A DNA stretch of 64,000 nucleotides, taken from an uncultured bacterium (GTDB taxonomy: Bacteria > Armatimonadota > JACIXR01). The position numbers and the translations under genes were made by a program. The stretch spans positions 370-64,369 of the forward strand of contig CALITO010000023.1 in the NCBI GenBank assembly GCA_938041455.1, read 5' to 3'. This document shows, in pieces, positions 14,480 to 24,610 of this stretch (position 1 is its first letter; every line of letters begins with the position of its first letter). The notes under the pieces were generated by a model, which was given only the letters and a program-made list of their open reading frames with translations, was not told the origin of the DNA and did no database searches.

Positions 14480-16276
14480 ATGCATCTTCTTCCATTGGAG
14501 GAGGAAGATCTTCTCTCCGTCCAAAAACCTGCCCGTTATATAGACGGGGAATGGGGAATAATTAATAAAAACTGGGAGGATAACCCCCTACGCTTTTGCC
14601 TCGTCTATCCCGATATATATGAGATAGGAATGTCCAATGCTGCTATCCATATCCTCTACTACCTCCTGAACGATATTAAAGGTGTTCTCTGCGATAGAGC
14701 TTTCTCCCCTTGGGAGGATATGGATTCGCTCCTCCAAGCCCGGTCCTTCCCAATCTTTGCCCTTCAAACGGGAAAGCCCCTATCCCAATTCACTGTTCTG
14801 GGTTTTTCTCTCCAACACGAGCTCAACTATACTAATTTCCTCCAAATTCTTCATCTCGCCCACATACCTTTCCTCTCCTCCCAAAGAACCGAGGAACATC
14901 CCCTGATAATAGCGGGAGGTCCAGCTTGCTTTAATCCAGAGCCTTTAGCCCCCTTCATAGATGCTTTCGTCATAGGAGAAGGAGAAGAAGTCATAAAAGA
15001 AATAATAGAGGTGATTCGCCAGGGGGAGACACGAGAAGCTATTTTGGAAACCCTTACCCATATAGAGGGGTTGTATGTTCCCAAGTTTTATAACCCACTT
15101 TACAACGAGAAGGGCGAATTGCTCGGTTTTGAAATTTCCGCTAACGCTCCCAAAAAGGTCCGGAAACGCATAGTGAAAGACTTGGAGAACAGTTTCTATC
15201 CCCATACCTGGATAACACCCTACATCCAAATAGTCCACGACCGTCCCGCTGTGGAAATCTTCAGGGGTTGCACAAGGGGCTGTAGATTCTGTCAAGCTGG
15301 TATGGTTACACGCCCCGTGAGGGAACTCTCGGCAGATAAAATTGTAAACCTTGCCTGCGCTCTCGCCTCTTATACTGGTAGCGAAGAGGTCTCCCTAATA
15401 GCCCTTAATCCCACAGATCATTCCCAAATTAAAGAAATAACCTCCCGCCTTTCCCTACTTCTTTCTCCTCTCAGAATAGGATTAACCCTGTCCTCTCTCA
15501 GAATAGACACTTTCTCAGTTGAAATAGCAGAGGCGATACAAAGGGTGAGGAAAAGCACTTTGACCTTTGCACCTGAAACCAACCAGCGTCTCCGTAGGGT
15601 TATAAACAAAAATATATCGGATGAGGAGATCTTTATGGCAATAGATTCCGCACTTTCACTGGGCTGGAGCTCCTTTAAATTCTACTTTATGATAGGTCTC
15701 CCTGAAGAGAAGGAGGATGATATAACCGAAATAGCTCAGCTGGTTAGAGATATACTCCGAATGGGGAGGGGAAAAATCAAGAGGATTCATATAAGTGTCT
15801 CTCCCTTTATGCCCAAACCCCATACCCCTTTCCAATGGCGCCCTCAAATGTCCATCCCTATATTACAAAAAAGAATGCAACTTTTGAGAAAACTTCTTAA
15901 AGATGGTCGAATAGATGTAGATTTTCATTCTCCTTATATGAGCTTCATAGAGACCGCCCTGGCAAGGGGGGATAGAAGAATTAGCAGCGTCATCTTTAAA
16001 GCTTGGTGTAAAGGATGTAGAATGGATAGTTGGGAAGGGCATTTTGACTTCTCCCGTTGGCTGTCCGCTTTTGCGGATGTAAATATAGACCCCTACCGCT
16101 ATGTGGAAAGGGAAATCCCTTATGAAGAACCGCTTCCCTGGGATGTAATAGATGTGGGAGTATCAAAGGAATTCCTAATGAATGAAAATGAGAAGGCAAG
16201 AAGGGGTGAGACGACGCCCGATTGCCGATTCGACACCTGTGCTAAGTGCGGCGTATGTCCTTCCTTAAGAGAATGA
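14480..16276 (+). CDS. TIGR03960-type B12-binding radical SAM protein
   Basis: VQKPARY, YPDIYEIGMSN, EIFRGCTRGCRFCQAG (CxxxCxxC), PKPHTPFQW, C-terminal CRFDTCAKCGVC. Confidence 0.9.
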   Translation: MHLLPLEEEDLLSVQKPARYIDGEWGIINKNWEDNPLRFCLVYPDIYEIGMSNAAIHILYYLLNDIKGVLCDRAFSPWEDMDSLLQARSFPIFALQTGKPLSQFTVLGFSLQHELNYTNFLQILHLAHIPFLSSQRTEEHPLIIAGGPACFNPEPLAPFIDAFVIGEGEEVIKEIIEVIRQGETREAILETLTHIEGLYVPKFYNPLYNEKGELLGFEISANAPKKVRKRIVKDLENSFYPHTWITPYIQIVHDRPAVEIFRGCTRGCRFCQAGMVTRPVRELSADKIVNLACALASYTGSEEVSLIALNPTDHSQIKEITSRLSLLLSPLRIGLTLSSLRIDTFSVEIAEAIQRVRKSTLTFAPETNQRLRRVINKNISDEEIFMAIDSALSLGWSSFKFYFMIGLPEEKEDDITEIAQLVRDILRMGRGKIKRIHISVSPFMPKPHTPFQWRPQMSIPILQKRMQLLRKLLKDGRIDVDFHSPYMSFIETALARGDRRISSVIFKAWCKGCRMDSWEGHFDFSRWLSAFADVNIDPYRYVEREIPYEEPLPWDVIDVGVSKEFLMNENEKARRGETTPDCRFDTCAKCGVCPSLRE

Positions 16277-16929
16277 GAAAAGTCTGCCTTACCATATCTA
16301 AAAAGGGGAAAGCAAGGTTTATCTCCCACTTAGACCTTTACCGCGCCATAGAGAGAAGCCTTCGCCGTGCCCTTTTACCAATAGTTTTCACAGAGGGCTA
16401 TAATCCCCATCCCAAGATTTCTTTTCTCTCTGCTTTGGAATTGGGCGCTACCAGCGACTGTGAGAAAGCACTCCTTTACCTCACAGAACCCATCCCCCCC
16501 TCCGAACTCAAGGAACGGCTTAACCGCTTTCTTCCCGAGGATATACGGGTTGAGGATGTCCACTTTGTCAATAGTGGCAAAATAATGGCCGATAGTAGTC
16601 TTTTTCTTATAAAAATTAAAACACCTCCCACGAAGAGTAGAGAAGAGTTAGAACAAGCTCTCACCGAACTTAAAAAAACACCCTCCTTTGTGATAAAAAG
16701 AGAAAGCAAAGGCAAAGTCAAGGAGATAAACATTAAAGAATTTATAAAAGAGTTGAAGGTTGAGGAATTTAGCCCTGGGGAAACCATCCTTCAGGCTTTG
16801 ATTCTCATCACCCCACACGGCTCGGTCAAACCTATAGAGGTAGTGGAGGCTTTAGAGTCCTTCCTACCCGAGATAAAGATGGTAAGTGTGCATAGAAAAC
16901 AACTTTTTCTTAGGGAGGTAGAAAAATGA
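16273..16929 (+). CDS. TIGR03936/DUF2344-type radical SAM-linked protein
   Basis: KKGKARFISHLD...RRALLP...TEGYNPHPKISF; ATGA overlap with its usual partner gene. Confidence 0.9.
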   Translation: MRKVCLTISKKGKARFISHLDLYRAIERSLRRALLPIVFTEGYNPHPKISFLSALELGATSDCEKALLYLTEPIPPSELKERLNRFLPEDIRVEDVHFVNSGKIMADSSLFLIKIKTPPTKSREELEQALTELKKTPSFVIKRESKGKVKEINIKEFIKELKVEEFSPGETILQALILITPHGSVKPIEVVEALESFLPEIKMVSVHRKQLFLREVEK

Positions 16930-17936
16930 AGGAAGAGAAATTCGTGCTTCTCGCCCATGGAGGAGGGGGAAAGCTCACAAGAGAGTTAATAGAGGGGTTA
17001 TTTCTCCCTTACTTTGGGAACCCTTTCCTCTCTCCCCTTGAGGACAGTGCTGTATTGAATTTTGACAATCTGAAAATCGCTTTTACAACCGATTCCTATA
17101 CTGTTGACCCCATCTTCTTCCCGGGAGGTGATATAGGAAGCCTTTCAGTTTTCGGAACAGTTAACGACCTCTCTATGATGGGTGCCACTCCCCTTTTCCT
17201 TTCTGCCTCTTTAATCATTGAGGAAGGTTTCCCGATGAAGCAGTTGGAGAGAATAACCCATTCTATGGCAGAAGCTTGCAAGATAGCGGGTGTGGAGATA
17301 GTGGCAGGAGATACAAAGGTGGTGGGCAAAGGAATGGCAGATAAGATGTTCATAACTACAACCGGTGTAGGCGTCATCCCTCCCAATGTATCCCTTTCGG
17401 TTTTCAATATCAGGGAAGGGGACCTACTTATCTTAAATGGTCCTATAGCAGAACATGGCATTGCAATAATGATACAAAGAGAAGGCATCTCTTTAAGTGG
17501 AGACATAAAAAGTGATACTTTCCCTTTGAACCATATGGTTAAGGACATTTTAAAAGTAGAGGGAATAAAGGCGATGCGAGATTTGACGAGAGGCGGTTTG
17601 GGAGGGATCCTTTGCGAGATAGCAGAAGCAACGGGGCTTTCCATCCACATAGAGGAGGAGTCCATCTCTATAAAGCAAGAGGTTCTCTCCGCCTGCGAGA
17701 TACTGGGCTTAGACCCCCTCTATGTAGCCAATGAAGGAAAATTTATATCTATCGTCTCCCCCCAATCGGCAGAAGAAGTCCTTAGAATTATGCGAGGGAG
17801 AGAGGAGGGAAAGTTCGCTCAAATAATAGGACGTATAGAGAAGACCCCCCCAGGCAAAGTAGTCCTTCACACCACCATAGGGGGCTCCAGAATAGTGGAA
17901 ATGCCCATAGGTGAGGAGCTTCCCAGAATTTGCTAG
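16926..17936 (+). CDS. hypE: hydrogenase maturation carbamoyl dehydratase HypE
   Basis: LAHGGGG, FTTDSY, FFPGGDIG, MRDLTRGG, ANEGK, C-terminal PRIC. Confidence 0.97.
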   Translation: MKEEKFVLLAHGGGGKLTRELIEGLFLPYFGNPFLSPLEDSAVLNFDNLKIAFTTDSYTVDPIFFPGGDIGSLSVFGTVNDLSMMGATPLFLSASLIIEEGFPMKQLERITHSMAEACKIAGVEIVAGDTKVVGKGMADKMFITTTGVGVIPPNVSLSVFNIREGDLLILNGPIAEHGIAIMIQREGISLSGDIKSDTFPLNHMVKDILKVEGIKAMRDLTRGGLGGILCEIAEATGLSIHIEEESISIKQEVLSACEILGLDPLYVANEGKFISIVSPQSAEEVLRIMRGREEGKFAQIIGRIEKTPPGKVVLHTTIGGSRIVEMPIGEELPRIC

Positions 17937-18613
17937 ATTTGCTTTACGGCAGATAGAACCCTCTCAACGAATATTGGTTCAGGTAAAGCTCCCTCTATTT
18001 CTACTTTCTCGTTAACTATCGTTTTAGGAACCCCCCTTACCCCATATCTATTGGCGATATGGGGGAACTCTATCGCCTCTATCATATCCGCCCTTATGTG
18101 TTTAGACTCTATAGCCATCATATGAGCGGTCCTTACCGCTGAGGGACAGTAGGGGCAAGTGGGCGTGACGAATACCTGAATATGAATATCACTGGTAAGT
18201 TGGGCTAATTTCTCCTTCGACTGGGGAGATAGGGAGGTGGTTTTCCGTGACACATCTATTATATCCTCAACTAGTGAGCCGAACTCGTAACCGCTGGGGA
18301 TACCGAAGAACCTAACCCTTGCAATTTCTTCCCCCTCGGGAATGAGGAGGGTAGCGGGAATCTTGTCCACGCCGTGCTTCTCCGCCAGTTCTCTCTCCTT
18401 ATAAAAGTCGTAAACCTCCAACTTTAACTTAGGAGATAGAGATGATAGTTCCTCCAATATTTGGCGAGTTTCCTTACAGTAAGGACACTCCATACCCGGA
18501 ACTACCAAAGGGCTCTCCCCTTGGGTAAACATAACTATCCTCACATCTTTGGAAAGCTCCTTCCCAAATAAGCCCTTTATATACTCTCGCTCCTTGTCAC
18601 TTATCAACGCCAT
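17933..18613 (-). CDS. protein disulfide oxidoreductase (two thioredoxin folds, AhpF N-terminal-like)
   Basis: Two CPYC motifs, GIPSGYEF, EAIEFP, GVP. Confidence 0.92.
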   Translation of the reverse strand: MALISDKEREYIKGLFGKELSKDVRIVMFTQGESPLVVPGMECPYCKETRQILEELSSLSPKLKLEVYDFYKERELAEKHGVDKIPATLLIPEGEEIARVRFFGIPSGYEFGSLVEDIIDVSRKTTSLSPQSKEKLAQLTSDIHIQVFVTPTCPYCPSAVRTAHMMAIESKHIRADMIEAIEFPHIANRYGVRGVPKTIVNEKVEIEGALPEPIFVERVLSAVKQI

Positions 18614-18637
18614 CTTCAAAAGCCTCCTTCCTAAACT

Positions 18638-19138
18638 TTAAAGAAATTGCTCTAAAGCGCTCTTTAGTTCATCTTTACTCTTATAACCAATTAGCCGCCC
18701 CAATTCTTTACCTCTTTTAAAAACTATTAAAGTAGGGGTAAACTTGATGGAAAATTTCTCAGCTATTGCCCAATTTCCCTCTGCATCGACCAGGAACTTC
18801 GCAAATTTCATCTTCCCTCCCATTTCTCCTGCTACCTCCTGGAAAACCGGGAGAAGCATCCTGCAAGCGCTACAATTTGAAGCCCAGAAATCCACAACTA
18901 CGGGTATATCAGAGTTTATGAATTGGGCAAAACTCTCCTTATCTAAATCCACCACATCCCCTGCCTCAACCAAGGGTTTCTTCTCCTCTTTAACCAAGGG
19001 CTCCTCCTTCACAGGGGGTATATTTATCCCCTCCCCAGGCACATTAATAGCCGTTTCCTCCCTGCCCTTGTATAATAATAAAACCAGGCAAAGCACTACT
19101 ATTAATGATAGAATTATCACCGCCAGTCTATTTCTCAT
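18638..19138 (-). CDS. membrane-anchored thioredoxin
   Basis: N-terminal TM helix; VVVDFWASNCSAC; TPTL cis-Pro loop. Confidence 0.85.
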   Translation of the reverse strand: MRNRLAVIILSLIVVLCLVLLLYKGREETAINVPGEGINIPPVKEEPLVKEEKKPLVEAGDVVDLDKESFAQFINSDIPVVVDFWASNCSACRMLLPVFQEVAGEMGGKMKFAKFLVDAEGNWAIAEKFSIKFTPTLIVFKRGKELGRLIGYKSKDELKSALEQFL

Positions 19139-19153
19139 CTTTTGCCCTCCTTT

Positions 19154-19717
19154 TTACTTGAACTTATCTTTTTCTTTAACAAAGGATTTGTAAAAAGCAA
19201 GCAAAAAACCAGCAGACAACAATTTCCTCTCCCTCAATTTTTCCTTAAGCCAGTTTTCCTCGCCTCCCCTCTCCTCAGTTATCCCCTTTATACTTCTATA
19301 ATGGGAGATCTCCTCTTCTATAATAAGGCAAAGAGGCTTGACGACCTTTATATTCCCCTGCGTATACACTGGAGCTAAATCCTCGCTTATCTCCCAATTT
19401 AATATACGCCAAATAGCATCAGTTACCTCGTCCTCTAAAAGCTTTCCAAGCACCAATATCCCTCCCTCGGGAACACTCTCTACCCTCTCCACTATATTAA
19501 ACTCATAGTTCATATCACCCAAAATACCTGCCAACACCTGAGCGTTTTTCCCTTCCCTCAATATATAGACCCCCTCTTTTCGCCCAAACATAGAATATCT
19601 TCTAATAGTCTCTCCTACCCTTCCCCATAATCTTTTCAAGAAACAGTTCTCACAAATCGCCAGATTATAACTTTTTATCTTAATAGTGGTCTCCTTACCG
19701 CAAACACGACACTTCAT
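19154..19717 (-). CDS. TtuA/TtcA-like protein with degenerate PP-loop
   Basis: N-terminal CRVC...CENC zinc finger, TIRRYSMF, LGKLLEDE (cf. GHNLDD), VKPL; SGGKDS replaced by REGKNA; only 187 aa. Confidence 0.65.
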   Translation of the reverse strand: MKCRVCGKETTIKIKSYNLAICENCFLKRLWGRVGETIRRYSMFGRKEGVYILREGKNAQVLAGILGDMNYEFNIVERVESVPEGGILVLGKLLEDEVTDAIWRILNWEISEDLAPVYTQGNIKVVKPLCLIIEEEISHYRSIKGITEERGGEENWLKEKLRERKLLSAGFLLAFYKSFVKEKDKFK

Positions 19718-19727
19718 CAGGGAACTT

Positions 19728-20630
19728 TTACTCTTCCTTTATCCCCAGCTTCTCAAAAAGCCGGCGGAGGAATTCCAGAGAGTTCTTTATCTCTTTTTCC
19801 AAATAAGGAATTCGCCCTATATCCAGTCCTATCACTCCCTTAAAGTCGTGTTTAATCAACCCTTTAAGAATTTCTTCAAAGTCTATGTTTCCCCTGCCTA
19901 AACCTAAGTGCTCATTCGTTCTCCCATCGTTATCGGAGAGATGGACATAGAAAATTCTCTTTCCTAACTTTTCAACGGACAAGGGAAGTATTTCCTTCTG
20001 TGCATTAAGATGCCCCGTATCCAAAACAACACCTAAATTATCGTCCCCAACCCAATCCATAAGTCGTAAGATGCCATCCGTAGAGCATATCATTTCGCCT
20101 ACCCTGGGCTCGAGACAGAATTTCAAGCCCGCTTTCTTTGCCTCCCTGGCACAGAACCCAAAGGTGTCCACTAAAACCCCCCACTGCTCCTCCCATTGGA
20201 AATCCGGTGAAATCTCCACTCGGAATTGTAAACCGAAATCGACCATCTCTTTATAAGGTCTTTCCCCAACGAATTTAAGTGGCGGGGTGAAGCTATCGGT
20301 CTGGATTGTCTCACAGTTGAAGAAATTGGCTATCTCTATTCCCATTTTGAACAAATCCATTGCTTTCTCTCTTCTGACCCTCTCGAGACTCACGATTTCG
20401 GGAAGGACGGGACAAAAATTATGCACCACCAAACCCAAATCGTCACACAGCCTCTTCAGTTCCCTGCGATTTTCCATAATTTCTCGTAAATTCCCCTCCC
20501 CTACTCCCTCAAGCTCTATATATTTGAATCCCAAATCAGCCATCTCCCTGATGACCTTAAAGATGTCCCTCAAAGAAGGGGGATACCCATACTTGCTTAT
20601 AGCATAAAGCCAACAAATTCCTATTCTCAT
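19728..20630 (-). CDS. sugar phosphate isomerase/epimerase (xylose isomerase-like TIM barrel)
   Basis: CLEP, DTGH, VHLSDNDG, HLGLGRGNIDF. Confidence 0.88.
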   Translation of the reverse strand: MRIGICWLYAISKYGYPPSLRDIFKVIREMADLGFKYIELEGVGEGNLREIMENRRELKRLCDDLGLVVHNFCPVLPEIVSLERVRREKAMDLFKMGIEIANFFNCETIQTDSFTPPLKFVGERPYKEMVDFGLQFRVEISPDFQWEEQWGVLVDTFGFCAREAKKAGLKFCLEPRVGEMICSTDGILRLMDWVGDDNLGVVLDTGHLNAQKEILPLSVEKLGKRIFYVHLSDNDGRTNEHLGLGRGNIDFEEILKGLIKHDFKGVIGLDIGRIPYLEKEIKNSLEFLRRLFEKLGIKEE

Positions 20631-20649
20631 TCCAGGGTTAATTTCAACC

Positions 20650-21726
20650 TCACTCCATATTATTTATAACGATGTTCTTCTCTTTATCTACTTCTACATT
20701 ACCTTTCTGATTCCCTAAAACGATATTGTTTGCCACCAGGACATTCTCGCTCTCGGGGAGGCATATCCCATAGCCTTTATTATCCACGCTCATATTATTT
20801 GCTATCAAACCTTCCCTCACCTTAAATCCCCAGATTCCGTGGGCTTCGTTATCTTTGCAGATGTTGGCATTAACAAGAAACCTCCTCGTATCTGAGTATG
20901 TGCCGTTTATGAAGATGCCACCTTGAGAGCCATTCCGCAGGCAGATGTTGTTGGCAATCAGGGTATCCTTAGCGGGATACTTTATACCTCTTACCTCGTC
21001 AATTCCACCCATCCACACAATTCCCGCCCAGGCATTATCCTGGCACACATTCCCTATTATGCTGACATTCTCCACGCCCTCAACAAAAATTCCTATTCCC
21101 CCGTATTGGGGTTTGTGGACGCCGTTTCGCTTGCAAATATTGCCCCTTACCAGGACCGAACCCTGGATATGATGAATATTTATGCCACAGTTATTCTCCT
21201 CCACTATACAACTTTCCACTATTGTGTTGCCCTTGCCATAGGCAACGAGGATTCCCTCCCCGCTGCATCTTCTAACTATTACATTTCTTATTATACAATT
21301 ATCGCAATTATCGAGACTTATCCCATAGATTCCCGTTTTGTGATACTCACCGAGCAAATCACCGTCAACAACCAGGTTCTCTATTGTAATCCCGCTATTG
21401 CCTCCCGCTTCGTCAGCATTTTGGATAACCCTGTTATCCGGAAACTGTCGTTCCCCGATAGAGAGCGTGGGTTTAATGATTGTTCCCGCCCCTGCTCCAC
21501 GAAGCGTAACATTTGAAGGTATCTTCAAAGTTTTCTCCACTGTATAAATTCCCGCTGGTAAAAAGAGGATTCCCCCACCCTTTCTGCCCAACTCATCCAG
21601 AGCCTTTTGAATCTCCTCCACCTTGCTTCCCGGGGGCACTTCTATGAGAGCCTCACCCTTTAGGGGTATGAATCCAAAGAAGCACAAGAGCAGGAGAGGG
21701 ACCTTACTATAAGAAGGGAACTTCAT
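20650..21726 (-). CDS. secreted right-handed beta-helix (pectate lyase-like) protein
   Basis: Signal peptide; IQKALD...GGGILFLPAGIY, SNVTLRGAG; repeated GN/NN-IC-xxN Asn ladder. Confidence 0.85.
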   Translation of the reverse strand: MKFPSYSKVPLLLLCFFGFIPLKGEALIEVPPGSKVEEIQKALDELGRKGGGILFLPAGIYTVEKTLKIPSNVTLRGAGAGTIIKPTLSIGERQFPDNRVIQNADEAGGNSGITIENLVVDGDLLGEYHKTGIYGISLDNCDNCIIRNVIVRRCSGEGILVAYGKGNTIVESCIVEENNCGINIHHIQGSVLVRGNICKRNGVHKPQYGGIGIFVEGVENVSIIGNVCQDNAWAGIVWMGGIDEVRGIKYPAKDTLIANNICLRNGSQGGIFINGTYSDTRRFLVNANICKDNEAHGIWGFKVREGLIANNMSVDNKGYGICLPESENVLVANNIVLGNQKGNVEVDKEKNIVINNME

Positions 21727-21823
21727 TTCCTTTTCCTTCCATAAATTTGGTTAATATTATAATTTTAAAGGATTTCCTTGTAAAGGGGAGGGCATTTCCT
21801 TTCCCCATTATTCAAGGGAATCC

Positions 21824-23611
21824 TTATTTTATCCTGAAAAGATACACCCGAGCCTTGCTGTAGACGAGCTCTATGTAAGGGCAGGCGGAAGGGTTTACCA
21901 AAAGCTTGTCAAGGGGATTATCGCTCAAGGGATTTCCTGGAGCAAATTCCTGATTGATGATTATATGGGTGAATCCCATTCGCTTATAACTCTCCACAAG
22001 TTCTTTAACCGTCCTGAAGCGCTTGTAAGGTATCAAAGTGTGATGACCTGGGTCAGCCCACATATATTCCCTACCCAAATAGAAACCTCTGGGTTCACCT
22101 AAAAGAGCGATTTTACTATCCAAGGGAAGATATTGGTTAACGAATTGAAAAACCTTATAGGATGGGAAAAACTTCCCTATGAATTCTTCCCTATCCTCCC
22201 TCCCCAAGGCTACTCCAAAAGTAGGATACATTATCAATCCAAATATAAGGAGATGGAGGAGATAGGAAATGCTCAAAATCAAGCCGAAAAGGATGTTGAA
22301 GGGCTTCTTCCATAACCTGTTCAATCCCTTTGCCAAAGGCAAGGGTAAAACAACAAGGATTGGGAGAAGATAACGGATATTCTGGCTTAAAAAGAACCAT
22401 TGTATCCCACTTAGGGCGATAAAAAGTAGGGAAATGGGCTCTTTCAAAAGCAAAGGACAAAAAGCGAGGAAAACCGGACCAATCATCGCGAAGAAGCGAT
22501 TAGCCCCAGGGTCGAAGAATTTCTCCGGATGGAAAGTAAGGTTCCAGGGTAGAAGGAGAAAAGAAAGGATATCCCTTCCTGTCCCAATTGAGAGTTGGGC
22601 TTCTCTGTAAGCGGTGGCTGCCTCGCTGCTCCAAAGCCTTCCCCCGAAGATATTGTAGAGAAAAGGGTAGACGGGATTGCCGGTGTATATATAGCTCTTC
22701 AAATACCAAGGAAGAGCAAGTAAAAAGGCTGGAAAAAGAAGAGTGCCCACCCTTCGCCAAATCGTCCTCCCATCCCATCGCCAGACCAGTTTGCCTTCTC
22801 GGTAAAAGGGAAAAAGGATCAAAAGGGAGAGGAGAAAAGAAAGTGCGAGGTGTTTCGTCCCCAGAGCAAAGCCTATAGCTAACCCCGTGAGGAGGGTTTC
22901 CTCTTTCAAAAAAGCAAGGAAGGCGAGTAAAACATAGAACGAGAAGGCAAGGTCATTGTAGGCAATCGTGCTTTCCCAGGAAAAAAGCACCATTTGGGTA
23001 AGGAAAAGCAAAGCCAACACCCCCCCTACCCTGCTGTTTTTCCTGAGTTGGTTATAAAGAAGAGCCATTATTAGGAGAGCAAAGAGGAGGTGGAAAAGTT
23101 TGCAGGCGTCCACCATACCGATTATCAAGGGAATGGTGTAAAGCATCTCCATAAGGAAGGGAAAGTTAGAGTGATGGATGAATTGCACCCAATAGATTCT
23201 ATGGGCGGAGATGTAGAGTTTGGGGACCGCAAGATGATAAGCAAGTCCATCCCAATCTATGGGGGGCGAAAGAGCGGCAAGGAAGACGAGGGAAAACCAA
23301 GGGAGGAAAAGAAGCAGTTCCCAAGGGAAACTTTTCAAATTTATCTTTTGCATTCTGGGAAACCGCGCCCTCCAAGGAAAGAAAGAGGTCAAAACGAGGA
23401 GGAGAGAAATAATCGCCGATTTGTATAGTAGCCCCAATATACCAAGAAAGAAGACGAGATAGGCGAGAACTCCTAAGCCTATCCCTATAGCGAATACAGT
23501 TTTCTCTACCTTGTCCAAGGTGGGGAGACGCATCCTCCTAAGGATGCGTCTCCCCACACCATAAGAGATCCCCACTCCATAAGCTACAAATAATGTATCA
23601 ATTAGGTGCAT
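21824..23611 (-). CDS. polytopic GT-C (ArnT/PMT-like) membrane glycosyltransferase
   Basis: Many TM helices; DWDGLAYHL, SNFP, PWY...TGNPVYPF, RYLLP. Confidence 0.75.
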   Translation of the reverse strand: MHLIDTLFVAYGVGISYGVGRRILRRMRLPTLDKVEKTVFAIGIGLGVLAYLVFFLGILGLLYKSAIISLLLVLTSFFPWRARFPRMQKINLKSFPWELLLFLPWFSLVFLAALSPPIDWDGLAYHLAVPKLYISAHRIYWVQFIHHSNFPFLMEMLYTIPLIIGMVDACKLFHLLFALLIMALLYNQLRKNSRVGGVLALLFLTQMVLFSWESTIAYNDLAFSFYVLLAFLAFLKEETLLTGLAIGFALGTKHLALSFLLSLLILFPFYREGKLVWRWDGRTIWRRVGTLLFPAFLLALPWYLKSYIYTGNPVYPFLYNIFGGRLWSSEAATAYREAQLSIGTGRDILSFLLLPWNLTFHPEKFFDPGANRFFAMIGPVFLAFCPLLLKEPISLLFIALSGIQWFFLSQNIRYLLPILVVLPLPLAKGLNRLWKKPFNILFGLILSISYLLHLLIFGLIMYPTFGVALGREDREEFIGKFFPSYKVFQFVNQYLPLDSKIALLGEPRGFYLGREYMWADPGHHTLIPYKRFRTVKELVESYKRMGFTHIIINQEFAPGNPLSDNPLDKLLVNPSACPYIELVYSKARVYLFRIK

Positions 23612-23625
23612 TACTTAACTGAATC

Positions 23626-24594
23626 TTAAACTTCCACCTTTACTGCTCTCCCCTCCCTCCAAGACTTGTTAGCAGCGAGGCTAACAGCCAAACTCTTCAC
23701 CGCATCCTCATAAGTGGATTTTATCTTGCTCGGGTCGCCACTCTTTATCGCGTCTATGAAAATTCTGTCCTCTTCCCAATAGGCGTCAACGGTGCAATTT
23801 CTCTCTATCGTTCTATTTGGCTCTATTATCCTCAGCCGCCATCCCACTTCTACTACGAGGTCCTTGAGGAAGAGATGTAGCCCAACGGTATACCCCTGCG
23901 ATATCATACAAGAATTGGAGATATTACCCACCGTTCCATCCTTAAATTTAAGCGTTACTGTTCCCACATCGGGCACATCAGATTCGGGTATATCGGTGAG
24001 GATTTTTCGCCCATAAGCGGCGTATACTTCCTCCACATCACCGCAGAAGTAGCGGGCGAGGTCGAAGATGTGCGTCGTCTGCTCCACGATCTGCCCTCCC
24101 GACATATCCATCTTTCGCCACCAATAAACACCGGGGAATCCCCCTATCCAATAACCGAGCACCATCCCGATCGTCTTACCCTCTACAAATCCCTTTGCCT
24201 CATTAACCGTATCCATATAACGGAAGTGATAGCCCACGGAGGCGATGACATCGTTCTTCTTTATCGCGGAGTCTATCTCCTTAGCCTTTTCCAAAGTGAG
24301 GGCGATTGGCTTCTCCACAAAGAGATGAATTCCCTTCTCCGCCGCTATTATTTCCCCGTCGCTATGGGCGAAGGGAGGTAGGGCTACAAATAACGCCTGC
24401 ATCTCTTCGTAATCCAGCATCTCTCGGTGCTCCGTATAGGCTCTCCCACCGTATTTCTGCGCCGCTCCCTCCGCTCTCTCCTTCACAACATCGCAGAAAG
24501 CGACCATTTCCACATCTTTCATCCGTGCCAAGCGCTCCATATGAGCATTCGCTATCCCGCCACAGCCTAAGAATCCTACTTTAACCTTCGTCAT
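23626..24594 (-). CDS. Gfo/Idh/MocA-family oxidoreductase
   Basis: GFLGCGGIA, FVEKPIA, SGGQIVEQTTHIFD. Confidence 0.93.
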   Translation of the reverse strand: MTKVKVGFLGCGGIANAHMERLARMKDVEMVAFCDVVKERAEGAAQKYGGRAYTEHREMLDYEEMQALFVALPPFAHSDGEIIAAEKGIHLFVEKPIALTLEKAKEIDSAIKKNDVIASVGYHFRYMDTVNEAKGFVEGKTIGMVLGYWIGGFPGVYWWRKMDMSGGQIVEQTTHIFDLARYFCGDVEEVYAAYGRKILTDIPESDVPDVGTVTLKFKDGTVGNISNSCMISQGYTVGLHLFLKDLVVEVGWRLRIIEPNRTIERNCTVDAYWEEDRIFIDAIKSGDPSKIKSTYEDAVKSLAVSLAANKSWREGRAVKVEV

Positions 24595-24610
24595 TTTGAC
24601 CTCCTTGACA

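Noticed and set aside
12636-16276. PqqD + radical SAM as a RiPP biosynthetic cluster
   Set aside because: The rSAM is the widespread TIGR03960 type with its usual partner, has no SPASM domain, seems to have its own promoter, and no precursor is visible.
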